A stretch of DNA of 64,000 bases from a virus. Shown piece by piece: positions 7,610 to 16,180 of the stretch. The notes beneath the pieces were generated by a model. The model made no database searches, was not told the origin of the DNA, and saw nothing but the letters and a program-made list of their open reading frames with translations. The stretch covers positions 1 through 64,000 of the IMG/VR virus record IMGVR_UViG_3300009370_000007; one strand, 5' to 3'. The first letter of the stretch is position 1, and every line of letters begins with the position of its first letter. A program made the position numbers and the translations under genes.

Positions 7610-10600
7610 TTACTCTCCAATTTCTTCGGTATAATAATCGAGTAATTCCTCTGCAATTGCCTGCTTGGTTTCCTTATTGATCTGCCTAGCCCATCCTGGG
7701 CTGGCGTGTTCTTTCTCATACTTCTTAATTCCATCTTTGACAAGATACATGAATGCCTTGATTGCCTTTAGTCCATCATAGGTTGCATCGCCAACCTTCT
7801 TTGAAAGGTTCTTGATAATGGATGTGGTGCGTTGTCGATAGAGTTGTCCGTCATTGGTGATATAGAGAACGAGTTCCCTGACCGTATTCTGATCGACAGC
7901 TTCTTTTAGATTTACAATATATTCTTCCGATACCTTATGCTTCTTCTTGGCCTTCTGTCCTGCACGATCCGCCTTTGATCTGGAATCTTCTGTTCCCGTA
8001 TCCACTACTGTCTGTTTCCCCTTTCCTCCTTCATGCTCAACCCTCTGAAGAATCCATTTGTATGATCCGTCTTCCTGTTTCATCGTCCGTACCATCAGAA
8101 CACCACCATGTCGTTTGGCTCCTGCGCGTAACTCGTCAATGTTCTCGACTTCTTCATTAACATTAATCTTTGAAGTATCGACGGTGCTACTATAGTTGTC
8201 CACAGGAAGATTATACTTTCTTGCCAGAGTTCCAATAGGAGAAACAGGCAACATGAAATGCTCCTGGGCAGCATCAAGGAATGCAACGACGGCAGCCTTC
8301 CCTGTTAGCCTCATTCGGTTTCCCTTCTTGAGTGTCTTGACAATATCGTTGAGTGCTTCCATGACTTGAACTGCAATGGGAGAACCAATTGGCAATGTCT
8401 TTTCCTTTTTGACTACTGCGGACTGTAGCATGACATAGAGTGTTGCCATTCGTACATCTTCAATATTCTTTGGAAGTCGAACTGCCTCATTGATTGATTC
8501 TAGTTCAACTCCTTCTCCCAGCTCTGTCCAGATTTTTGCAACATCTTTTGGTACTCCACCTCGCTCAAAATTATCATTCTTCTTTAGCCATTTCCTGATG
8601 AGGGGTCCGACATCTGCCTTTGGTCCCTTCCTCTTGCGAAGGGCATCAAACTTGCTAAAAAGTTCATCGTCTCCAAGGATTCCCTTCAATTTTGCCTCGG
8701 CTCCTTCCTTGGATGACTCTGGATCGTTATAGTTGCTCACTCCAACAGGAAAAGGTTTCTTCAAGAGTTTTCGTAACTTCTTGATTGTTGCTGGCTTGTT
8801 AGGAATAGACCATGTGCCTTCTTTGAGTTCGCTCTCCTGGGCAATCTGGGCAGCCAAGGCCTTCTTTCCCTCCTTGGCGGCATACTTGACTACTGCTCGC
8901 TTCAATGCTCGCTGGTCAATTTCTCCACCCTTGACAACTCCTGTGGTGTCGATCTTGCAAAGGGCATCCTTGAATTTCATTCCACCCTTGATTAGCATTG
9001 CAATGGTGGCTCCTAGTTTCTTGTAGTCGGTTCGTTCTTCAAGAGGAGGAAGAATCTCTTCTTTGACCTTCTTTTTCTTTTTTGCGGCCGCGGCGCGCTT
9101 TTGGGAATCTTCTTCCGAGCGCCGCTTTCCCATCCTGAGCAATCGACGCTGTAGGTCTGCCATTACGGCCGGATCGTCTCCGTCTCCACCACGGGGCTTC
9201 CCCTTGTAGGCTCGATTGAATTCCATTTCGTCAATCTCTACTTCTTCTTTGAACCCGAGTGGCTTATAGTATGTATAGACCAATTGTCCAGACTTATCCT
9301 CTACACCAATCGTAAGGGAATCATTCTTGCCATGCTTCTCCAGAAAATCATAGATGATTGCTGGAACCTGAGTGGAAACCATTGCTGGCTTGGACTGTGC
9401 CACTACCTTCTTTCCCTTCAAGGCTACAACAGTATATGGGGGAGTCCCCTTCTTAATGTCGCGGACTCCTTGAACACCGATTTTCTTTTTATAGATGGCT
9501 TCAGGAATGTACTCTTCCTTGACTGCTGCACCCTTCACAATGATCCCTCTCATACCCAGACCCTTGACGTTCTTTAGGAAAGTCTCTGCATCCTTCTTGC
9601 TGGCTAGTGTTGCAACCATGATGCGTCCCTTTTTGGTATAGGAATACTTGACGGTGTACGGATCTGATGCCTGACCGGGACGATTGCCTACCGCAAACTT
9701 CGCCTGCTTGGTTTTGGGTGTGTCTCGATATTCTGTTACAATAGTTTCTTCTCTTACATCACCCTTAATAATCTTTCCACCCATACCGAGTCCCTTGACA
9801 TCTTTAAGGAACTTCTTTGCATCGGCTTCTCCACTAAGGGTTGCCCACATCTTTCGACCTTGCTTGTCATACCAATACTTGACGGTATAGGGATCTTCGG
9901 CTCCTCTTTTCTCTGTGATGATAACAGGAGTCAGGATCGTTGCACCTGTCTTGGGGTCCATTGCTGTTGCATATGGCTTTCCCTTGATCTTGCTCTTGAA
10001 GTCCTTGTGCAGTCTTGCATAGTCCTTCTTGGACATGGTATAGTCATCACCATCCCATCGTCCACCTCTTGCATCGCGATCCTTGGAGGGTTCAAACTTA
10101 CTGCCACGGTGATCTCCTCGATATTTCTTGGCGTGTGACGGTGAGACACCAATGCGTCCCTTGGCCATTTTATGGGCACCACTATCCAGTCCACCTTCGC
10201 GAATTCCTTTTGCTGAAACATTGCCCTTGGCTGAAACTGTCATCTTCTGCAAATTGAAATGTTTCTTTGTTGCGGCAATTCTCTGAGAATGACTGCCTTT
10301 TTGTTTTTCATAGAAGGCCTTGATTTCATCATTGGAAGGAATCCCGCGCAACCGCATATGAGCCAGACGCGCCTTCTCCTTCTCATTTCCCATGCCGCCC
10401 TCATTAACAAATTCCTCAAATCGTTTTTTGCGTCCCATTGCGTCCCTTTCTGAAAAATCAACTCTTCCGTTGTTCTTCTTTATATCTGCGAGTAGATCAC
10501 TAACAGGCATTTCTTTTGCGAGAGATGAACTGTTGTAACTAGTTATATCAAAACTAACATAGTATGCATTGTCCGTCTTATGTTTAACATTTGCCTTCTT

Positions 10601-11344
10601 GAGCTTTTTTATGAGATCCCGTGCATGAATCTTTCCCCACCTCTGGGAATGATGATCTCCTGCATCGAAGTTGACCATGACGGCCTCGTTGATTGCAACT
10701 GGTTTTGCTCCCGGTCCTGATTGAGCCAGAATGACCCATCCAGGTCCTTCGGGTAGTTTATCGCTGACTAGACCCGTTGCTCTCTGTGCAGCCACGGCAC
10801 CATGATTCTTGCCAACCTTTGCGGCACCAATAGATGATGCCCTTTTAGAAACGTGACCGATAACCTTGTGGTATCCCCTCTTGCCTTTGATCTCTGCATA
10901 GACAGGAACCTTTCCCTTGCCTACGTCGGTGGCTTCGTTAATAATCTCGTCTCCCTCGTCATTGGTAGTGATTTGTTTCGATTCTTCCTTGATTGCGAGA
11001 ATTGTCTCATAGGAAGTCTCGCCAGAATTCTTATGGGCAACAACTTCTTTCCCTAATGGGCTGTTAGTTTTATCGCGAATCTCGATGCTATGAGAATCTC
11101 CGAGTCCTGTGCGCTTACGATAATTGGCATCGGGCTCATCTCGGATGTATACGATTTCTTTGCCAGACACTTTGGATAACTGTAGTCGTCTGAGGAGTTC
11201 TCGATATTGCTTTAGAATTTCCGGCGCGTCTGCTCTGAGTTTTCTTTGAATTGCAACAATCTGTTTGGTTGTGGGGTAGTTAATCTGCCCTAAATTTAAA
11301 GGCGCTTCATTCATGCTAATCAAGTTTTGCTTGGTTACTTTCAT
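7610..11344 (-). CDS. 1244-aa multi-module putative capsid-internal polyprotein
   Basis: About 14 acidic linkers ending [ILVM]-x-E separate small basic domains; one module is internally duplicated; downstream of a TATAAATA late promoter. Confidence 0.7.
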   Translation of the reverse strand: MKVTKQNLISMNEAPLNLGQINYPTTKQIVAIQRKLRADAPEILKQYRELLRRLQLSKVSGKEIVYIRDEPDANYRKRTGLGDSHSIEIRDKTNSPLGKEVVAHKNSGETSYETILAIKEESKQITTNDEGDEIINEATDVGKGKVPVYAEIKGKRGYHKVIGHVSKRASSIGAAKVGKNHGAVAAQRATGLVSDKLPEGPGWVILAQSGPGAKPVAINEAVMVNFDAGDHHSQRWGKIHARDLIKKLKKANVKHKTDNAYYVSFDITSYNSSSLAKEMPVSDLLADIKKNNGRVDFSERDAMGRKKRFEEFVNEGGMGNEKEKARLAHMRLRGIPSNDEIKAFYEKQKGSHSQRIAATKKHFNLQKMTVSAKGNVSAKGIREGGLDSGAHKMAKGRIGVSPSHAKKYRGDHRGSKFEPSKDRDARGGRWDGDDYTMSKKDYARLHKDFKSKIKGKPYATAMDPKTGATILTPVIITEKRGAEDPYTVKYWYDKQGRKMWATLSGEADAKKFLKDVKGLGMGGKIIKGDVREETIVTEYRDTPKTKQAKFAVGNRPGQASDPYTVKYSYTKKGRIMVATLASKKDAETFLKNVKGLGMRGIIVKGAAVKEEYIPEAIYKKKIGVQGVRDIKKGTPPYTVVALKGKKVVAQSKPAMVSTQVPAIIYDFLEKHGKNDSLTIGVEDKSGQLVYTYYKPLGFKEEVEIDEMEFNRAYKGKPRGGDGDDPAVMADLQRRLLRMGKRRSEEDSQKRAAAAKKKKKVKEEILPPLEERTDYKKLGATIAMLIKGGMKFKDALCKIDTTGVVKGGEIDQRALKRAVVKYAAKEGKKALAAQIAQESELKEGTWSIPNKPATIKKLRKLLKKPFPVGVSNYNDPESSKEGAEAKLKGILGDDELFSKFDALRKRKGPKADVGPLIRKWLKKNDNFERGGVPKDVAKIWTELGEGVELESINEAVRLPKNIEDVRMATLYVMLQSAVVKKEKTLPIGSPIAVQVMEALNDIVKTLKKGNRMRLTGKAAVVAFLDAAQEHFMLPVSPIGTLARKYNLPVDNYSSTVDTSKINVNEEVENIDELRAGAKRHGGVLMVRTMKQEDGSYKWILQRVEHEGGKGKQTVVDTGTEDSRSKADRAGQKAKKKHKVSEEYIVNLKEAVDQNTVRELVLYITNDGQLYRQRTTSIIKNLSKKVGDATYDGLKAIKAFMYLVKDGIKKYEKEHASPGWARQINKETKQAIAEELLDYYTEEIGE

Positions 11345-11433
11345 TAGGGGTTTCCTTTATTAGAGCGCACAGAATTTTTTTGCGCGAAAAAATTATTTTT
11401 CTTTCATGGTCAGCTATCGACTTGAGGCTCGAT

Positions 11434-11472
11434 GGGGGACCGGGGACCTCAACAATGGTCCCCCGGTCCCCC
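11434..11472. other. Strong GC-rich stem-loop in the 5' leader of the polyprotein operon
   Basis: GGGGGACCGGGGACC-TCAACAAT-GGTCCCCCGGTCCCCC. Confidence 0.7.
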
Positions 11473-11499
11473 CGAACCATTTTAAATATAATCTGTTAC

Positions 11500-11507
11500 T
11501 ATTTATA
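11500..11507 (-). promoter_or_regulatory. T4-type late promoter TATAAATA
   Basis: Exact consensus about 155 bp upstream of the polyprotein ATG. Confidence 0.75.
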
Positions 11508-11871
11508 AAACTCAAAGTGTCTCTGAGTTTTTATCAGGAGAACTTCGAGTGCTCTTCGAGGAGCAGCTCGTCGAATTCGAGCCACCGCCGCGCCGTAATG
11601 AAATAAAACACAGAGAATCTTTGAGTTTTCTTTTTATATGCTGTATATGAACAAATAAATTAAAAAACTCAAAGGATCTCTGTGTTTTATATTTGAGAAT
11701 AGGCCGGCCAGGGAGATGACCTGGAGCGTACCTATGCACATACATACAATTTAATTAAAATTATAATTAAAAACTCAAAGGGGCATAGTGGTACACACAT
11801 ACAACAGGTGGTGTACTGTGTATGGTGTGTGTATGGTGTATGGTGTATGTGTGTGTAGAGAAAACTCGGAG
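11507..11871. repeat. Iterated AAAACTCAAAG motif with a ~28-bp inverted repeat
   Basis: Copies at 11507, 11619 (reverse), 11664 and 11770; variants at 11521 (reverse) and 11861. Arms 11601-11630 and 11662-11690 are nearly complementary. Confidence 0.8.
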
Positions 11872-12112
11872 GGGTTGTGTGTGACTGTGCGATGTGCTAG
11901 GCCCCCTTTGGGTGTGTCACTCACAAAAAAACGCGGAGGGTTGCGGCCCGTTGGCGAGCGCGCTGAGACAACTAATGATTTAATCTAAACTAAGGTTAAG
12001 AAAAAACCTAAAGGGGTTACACAGGGAAAAAGGTGGGATAAAGTGGGATAAAATGGACCGCCGCATATAAGCCGCATATACACGGCCCCTCCATATAGGG
12101 GGTCCTTTTTCA

Positions 12113-12847
12113 CTATAGGGTTTCTTCTTCTTCTTCTTCTTTGAAATGCTTTCTGTCCAGGGGAGGGAATATGGTAGTTCCTCTAAAATGAACAACCATT
12201 GCATATCTCGATCCTGCAATAACCGGCCTTACTCCATGTCGGGTCCATCCATCCCATACAATTCCATCTCCAATGTTTGTTTTTGTTGCATCTGATATAA
12301 GGGTTTTTTGTTCGCCTTTTTCATTATAGCCAGCAGAGATTATTACCTGGCCTCCAACATACCCCTTGTTTAGTGTAACAGAAAGAGTTGCCACATCGGG
12401 TTGTGGGGAGTATCCTTCTGCAATTGCATATTCATTGTTTTTTTGATCTATGTTATAGTCCATATGCATAATGGCTTCTTCTTTTTCTTTTTCTTTTTCT
12501 TTTTCTTTACTGGGGCTGTATTTACGAATCCATACTGTATCGTTCCATGAATCAAGAGTCTGTACAGGGGAATTTGGAATGAAGTATATATTCAACAATT
12601 GCATTATGTCTTTTAGATAACCATGTAGACGATGATTCATGGCCTTTGGATTCAGGATGGCCTCTGTGATGTAATCAGTAGAGATGTCCACAAGGGATTC
12701 TCTCTCATTCTCTGTATGGTACTGGATTAATTCCCTGGCCAATTCTGGATCATTGAATGAATCTTCAAACATATTGGGAAACGTAATTAGATACGGTGCC
12801 GAATTATGTAGATTTGTTTTAATCTTTTTCTTTTTTGTTGTTGTCAT
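12113..12847 (-). CDS. 2OG-Fe(II) oxygenase superfamily protein (prolyl-4-hydroxylase-like)
   Basis: HMD...TLSVTLN..Y.GG...GDGIVW....RHGVRPV..GSRY motif; likely start MTTTKKK at 12847. Confidence 0.85.
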   Translation of the reverse strand: MTTTKKKKIKTNLHNSAPYLITFPNMFEDSFNDPELARELIQYHTENERESLVDISTDYITEAILNPKAMNHRLHGYLKDIMQLLNIYFIPNSPVQTLDSWNDTVWIRKYSPSKEKEKEKEKEEAIMHMDYNIDQKNNEYAIAEGYSPQPDVATLSVTLNKGYVGGQVIISAGYNEKGEQKTLISDATKTNIGDGIVWDGWTRHGVRPVIAGSRYAMVVHFRGTTIFPPLDRKHFKEEEEEETL

Positions 12848-13550
12848 TTTTCGTTCCTGTTTTGAATGTTCCTGTAAAGTGGGCCAGAAAAACATATCTG
12901 GCACCCTGGGTCACAGGGGCAACTCCATGTAGTGACCATCCATCAATGAGGATGCCATCTCCGGCCTTCATCTTGGGGTTCAGGGTGGTGAACTCATGCT
13001 GAAGGCTCCCGGTTTTTTCTGCATTGAAACCATTGGAAATAACAAATTCCCCTCCCTCATAGTCATCATTCAGGGCAACCGAAAGAGTGGCCATTGTAGG
13101 AACGGAATAGATGCCATCCTCCTCATGGGAATTGAAATCATAGTGAATATCCCCAGGGGCGATTTCATCACCTTTTTCTCGATTTGGATTGGGCTCATAC
13201 TTTGTGATCCAGAAACTATCCCATGTGTCAATTTGATTGATGGGACTGTTGTAGGGCAAGATTTGATTGGCAATGCCCATGAGGGGCATGGCGCATTCTT
13301 GGATCTTGGCAGCAGCAACATTGTTCTCAGAAAACCATGATTCTTTTTTCCCGCTGTCATCAAGGGTGTAGTTGAATCGAATCTCTGTGACAACATCATT
13401 GGTGATGTTGACAGAAGACTTGTTTCTGTTTTCTTCAAGAAAGGCAATGAGCTTTTTGGGAAGATCATCATCTTCAAAATAAGAAAGGAAATTCGGAAGA
13501 CGAATGTAGCGAGGCCCGGAATTATGAATGGAGATGGGAAACTTTTTCAT
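12819..13550 (-). CDS. 2OG-Fe(II) oxygenase superfamily protein
   Basis: HYD...TLSVALNDDYEGGEF...GDGIL....LHGVAPVTQGARY; paralogue of the downstream gene. Confidence 0.88.
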   Translation of the reverse strand: MKKFPISIHNSGPRYIRLPNFLSYFEDDDLPKKLIAFLEENRNKSSVNITNDVVTEIRFNYTLDDSGKKESWFSENNVAAAKIQECAMPLMGIANQILPYNSPINQIDTWDSFWITKYEPNPNREKGDEIAPGDIHYDFNSHEEDGIYSVPTMATLSVALNDDYEGGEFVISNGFNAEKTGSLQHEFTTLNPKMKAGDGILIDGWSLHGVAPVTQGARYVFLAHFTGTFKTGTKNDNNKKEKD

Positions 13551-13557
13551 TTTATTA

Positions 13558-13770
13558 TTAATACACCCAGTAGTTCACATAGTGTTCTGTGTCTGTCTTG
13601 GTTTCTTCAAACTCGACAGTGTATGTCTTACCATGTTGGTCAGGGGTTTTCTCGTATTGTGTGATTAGATCATTCTTGTGGGCATCAATGTTGATTCCAC
13701 TATTGCCCACATTAATCACTCCATTAATTGTTGCATTTCTGCGTTCTGCATCACCCATAATATTATTCAC
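13558..13770 (-). CDS. Hypothetical protein
   Basis: 70 aa, GTG start with AAGGA RBS, fits between neighbours. Confidence 0.5.
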   Translation of the reverse strand: MNNIMGDAERRNATINGVINVGNSGINIDAHKNDLITQYEKTPDQHGKTYTVEFEETKTDTEHYVNYWVY

Positions 13771-13789
13771 TCCTTTTTTTCAATGTGTA

Positions 13790-14503
13790 TTATATAGGCA
13801 GTCTGGTTTTATCGTTATTTTGTTGTTTTTGTTGTTGTTGTTGTTGTGCTGTTGCTTTTATTATTGTTGTTGTTGTTAGTTTTCCATCACTATAGAGCTT
13901 GCTGCTTTCATGAAGGGACTGGCCCCCTGTGCGTTTCCTTAATGTGCCAAAAGATCCTCCGTCTTTAGAAGAATAAGATTTTCCTGTTGTCTTTTGGTGC
14001 TTGATGGCAATATTGTTTTCTTTTGGTGTACACCATCGAAGATTACTAACATGATTGTTAAATGGATTGTCGTCTATATGGTCTACATAGGCAGCCAGTC
14101 TAATGAATTCTTTGGCTGACTCTGGTGTCTTCTCCCAGTCCTCCATTGGGATCGGTGGATTCTCATCAATAGGATAAAAGGCCTCCATTACTGCCCGATG
14201 AATTGCAACATTAACAGCACAGGTGGATTCTTCCCTTGCAGTTCTTTTTTTACCATTTCTGCATTTCTTGACATAGTTAAAATCCTCAAAAATACCCTCG
14301 GGAATAATTGCCTGAATTTTGGATGCACCTCCCCTTCCCCCTGGACTGCTCGGGATATTCTGTATTTTCATTTGTTTTGGGCCGCCTCTCAATTTTGTAA
14401 TCACTCTTCCAAAATTAGAAATAAGATAACCGGGTAACTCAATACCGTATTTGGTTAACGGCTTCCATTGTTCTTCATCAGTATCAAATAAGTTTATTGA
14501 CAT
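13790..14503 (-). CDS. HNH homing endonuclease (NUMOD4-like N-terminus plus HNH_3)
   Basis: WKPL.....GYLISNFGRV; IHRAVMEAF; VDHIDDNPFNNHVSNLRWCTPKENN. Confidence 0.88.
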   Translation of the reverse strand: MSINLFDTDEEQWKPLTKYGIELPGYLISNFGRVITKLRGGPKQMKIQNIPSSPGGRGGASKIQAIIPEGIFEDFNYVKKCRNGKKRTAREESTCAVNVAIHRAVMEAFYPIDENPPIPMEDWEKTPESAKEFIRLAAYVDHIDDNPFNNHVSNLRWCTPKENNIAIKHQKTTGKSYSSKDGGSFGTLRKRTGGQSLHESSKLYSDGKLTTTTIIKATAQQQQQQKQQNNDKTRLPI

Positions 14504-14507
14504 TTTA

Positions 14508-14774
14508 TTATTGCCTTTCTTTTTTTAACAAATATTCAACGAGGTCATCATGGCCTCCAATGAGTTTCTTTCTCCCAACAAAAATCTTTGGGACTGTGGG
14601 GAGTGTATCATGTTCTTCTGCGAGTGTCAAAAATTCCTCTCTGGATAGGGATTCTGGTATATGCAATTCTTTGAATGGTATGCCATTCTTCTTTAGCAAT
14701 TTTTTTGCAAGGACACACCATTTACAATTGTCCTTGGTGATGATTGTCATAGATTGTAGCATTTGATTTTCCAT
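14508..14774 (-). CDS. Glutaredoxin (NrdC/GrxC-like)
   Basis: TKDNCKWCVLAKKLL, TVPKIFV and LIGGHDDL motifs; start probably at 14774 or later. Confidence 0.9.
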   Translation of the reverse strand: MENQMLQSMTIITKDNCKWCVLAKKLLKKNGIPFKELHIPESLSREEFLTLAEEHDTLPTVPKIFVGRKKLIGGHDDLVEYLLKKERQ

Positions 14775-14798
14775 ATAATATATAGGAGGTTTACAAAT

Positions 14799-14838
14799 AA
14801 AAAAACCCCCCATGTACCGAAGTGCATGAGGGGTTTCT
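14799..14838 (-). terminator. Rho-independent terminator after the porin gene
   Basis: CCCCTCATGCAC-TTCG-GTACATGGGGGG followed by a T-run; cUUCGg tetraloop. Confidence 0.85.
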
Positions 14839-14872
14839 TTGGGGGTTCAGCGTCAGTAGTATATATGTCTAA

Positions 14873-16021
14873 TTAGAATGCAAACTGTACGCCTACGACG
14901 AATCCTTCATTCTTGACATCCTGTAGTTCATCATTGAAATATGATGCAGTCAGCTTGGTGTTGGTTGCCTCATCAAGAACAAGATTCACACCAGCATCCC
15001 ATCGCTGCTGCTCACCATCATTGGAACCCTCAAATTGAAAGTTCTGATAGCGAACGAACGGTTCTGGGGTCACGCTCAACTTGCCTGCCTTGAGAGCAAA
15101 CTTGTCAAGAGCATAGGCTCCAAGAACATATCCACCGATACCTTCATTGAGTCCTACACCCGGAACATATGCGGCATCATCCAGATCATACTGGAAGAAA
15201 CCACCATTTACGGTTGCAACACCCGGGCCAATTGCCGTGGAATAGGCAAGGTCAAGGTTCCATCCGAGATAATCGGAGGTTCCTACTGCCTCGTTCTGTG
15301 TCTGTAGTGCAAAACCAAGATCAACTCCACCGAGGTCGAGCGCAATTCGCGTGGCGAATAGGGCATCGTCGGCATTATTGACTCCTTGGAATACACCAAC
15401 AGAATAGTCTACGCCGAAGTCATCAGATAGGAATCCCTTTGTTGCATCGGCAACGCCAGAAACCTTGTGATCGACTCCACCATAGACGGCACCACCATCA
15501 AGGCGTCCATAGCCATTGACGGATGGATACTTGGCAACCACAGTAGGAAGATCCCATGTGATTTGTCCGTAGGTATCGTTGAGGGTTGAACGGTTAGCGG
15601 GAGCAATAAATCGACCAGCCTTTACTGTATCCACAAAAGGTACTGGAAGATCCAAAGAAACAGCGGCATCGAGAAGATCGAAATTATTAGTGGCAGTACC
15701 ATCGTACTGGGCGCTAATATCTGCACTCACACCATAAGAGGTATCAACCCCAAAGGTGAGACGTGCATTGTCTACTGCAAAATCATTTGTCTTATCTGGC
15801 TTGATTTCAAAATTACCATCGGCGCGAACCCCGCCACCGATAGAAACTGTGATGTCATCGTTGACTTCAACGACAGCAATATTGCCCATGACACTACTAC
15901 CGCTGTCATCTGCACTTGAAGGGGCAGCCCAAACCAACGCAAAGCCAAACAATATTGCTGTTGCAACATAGGCTACGAGATTGAACTTCCGGTCTATTTG
16001 ATTTTCATCATTACTATTCAT
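14873..16021 (-). CDS. Outer-membrane beta-barrel porin (OprO/OprP- or FmdC-like)
   Basis: Signal peptide (FALVWAAPSSA|DD), amphipathic beta-strand pattern, FAVDNARL / LLDAAV / KAGRF.AP..RS.L / GR..G motifs, C-terminal VGVQFAF with terminal Phe; AAGGAG RBS. Confidence 0.8.
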   Translation of the reverse strand: MNSNDENQIDRKFNLVAYVATAILFGFALVWAAPSSADDSGSSVMGNIAVVEVNDDITVSIGGGVRADGNFEIKPDKTNDFAVDNARLTFGVDTSYGVSADISAQYDGTATNNFDLLDAAVSLDLPVPFVDTVKAGRFIAPANRSTLNDTYGQITWDLPTVVAKYPSVNGYGRLDGGAVYGGVDHKVSGVADATKGFLSDDFGVDYSVGVFQGVNNADDALFATRIALDLGGVDLGFALQTQNEAVGTSDYLGWNLDLAYSTAIGPGVATVNGGFFQYDLDDAAYVPGVGLNEGIGGYVLGAYALDKFALKAGKLSVTPEPFVRYQNFQFEGSNDGEQQRWDAGVNLVLDEATNTKLTASYFNDELQDVKNEGFVVGVQFAF

Positions 16022-16065
16022 TACTAGTTCTCCTTTTTGTTGTTATTATAATACAACGGTTGTTA

Positions 16066-16172
16066 TTTTACTGACATGGCAATGCCAATGGCAGTAAAAA
16101 GCTCCCCGCAGACGAGCGAACCCTACGCAGCAGTTAAGCCGATTGTAGGGTTTATAAGTCTGGGCGGGGGGA
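16066..16172 (-). ncRNA. Candidate structured RNA or attenuator leader upstream of the porin
   Basis: Nested stems CCCCGC/GCGGGG, CAGAC/GTCTG, AACCCTAC/GTAGGGTT and CGGC/GCTG, followed by TTTTT, then a second hairpin TTTTACTG...CAGTAAAA. Confidence 0.55.
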
Positions 16173-16180
16173 TTTAGGTT

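Noticed and set aside
11507-11871. Possible CRISPR array or MITE
   Set aside because: The repeats are 11 bp, irregularly spaced and in both orientations; no target-site duplication or transposase was seen.
11512-12219. Short minus-strand ORFs 11512-11745 and 11980-12219
   Set aside because: They run through repeat or low-complexity DNA or overlap the oxygenase out of frame, and have no convincing RBS.
16030-16100. Pho box or NtcA box upstream of the porin
   Set aside because: Only partial matches (TGTCA-N6-TAACA; TGT-N9-ACA), too degenerate to call by eye.
16101-16172. tRNA, SRP RNA or 6S RNA identity for the structured element
   Set aside because: No cloverleaf, T-loop or CCA end, no SRP GGAA/AGCAG motif, and too short for 6S RNA.
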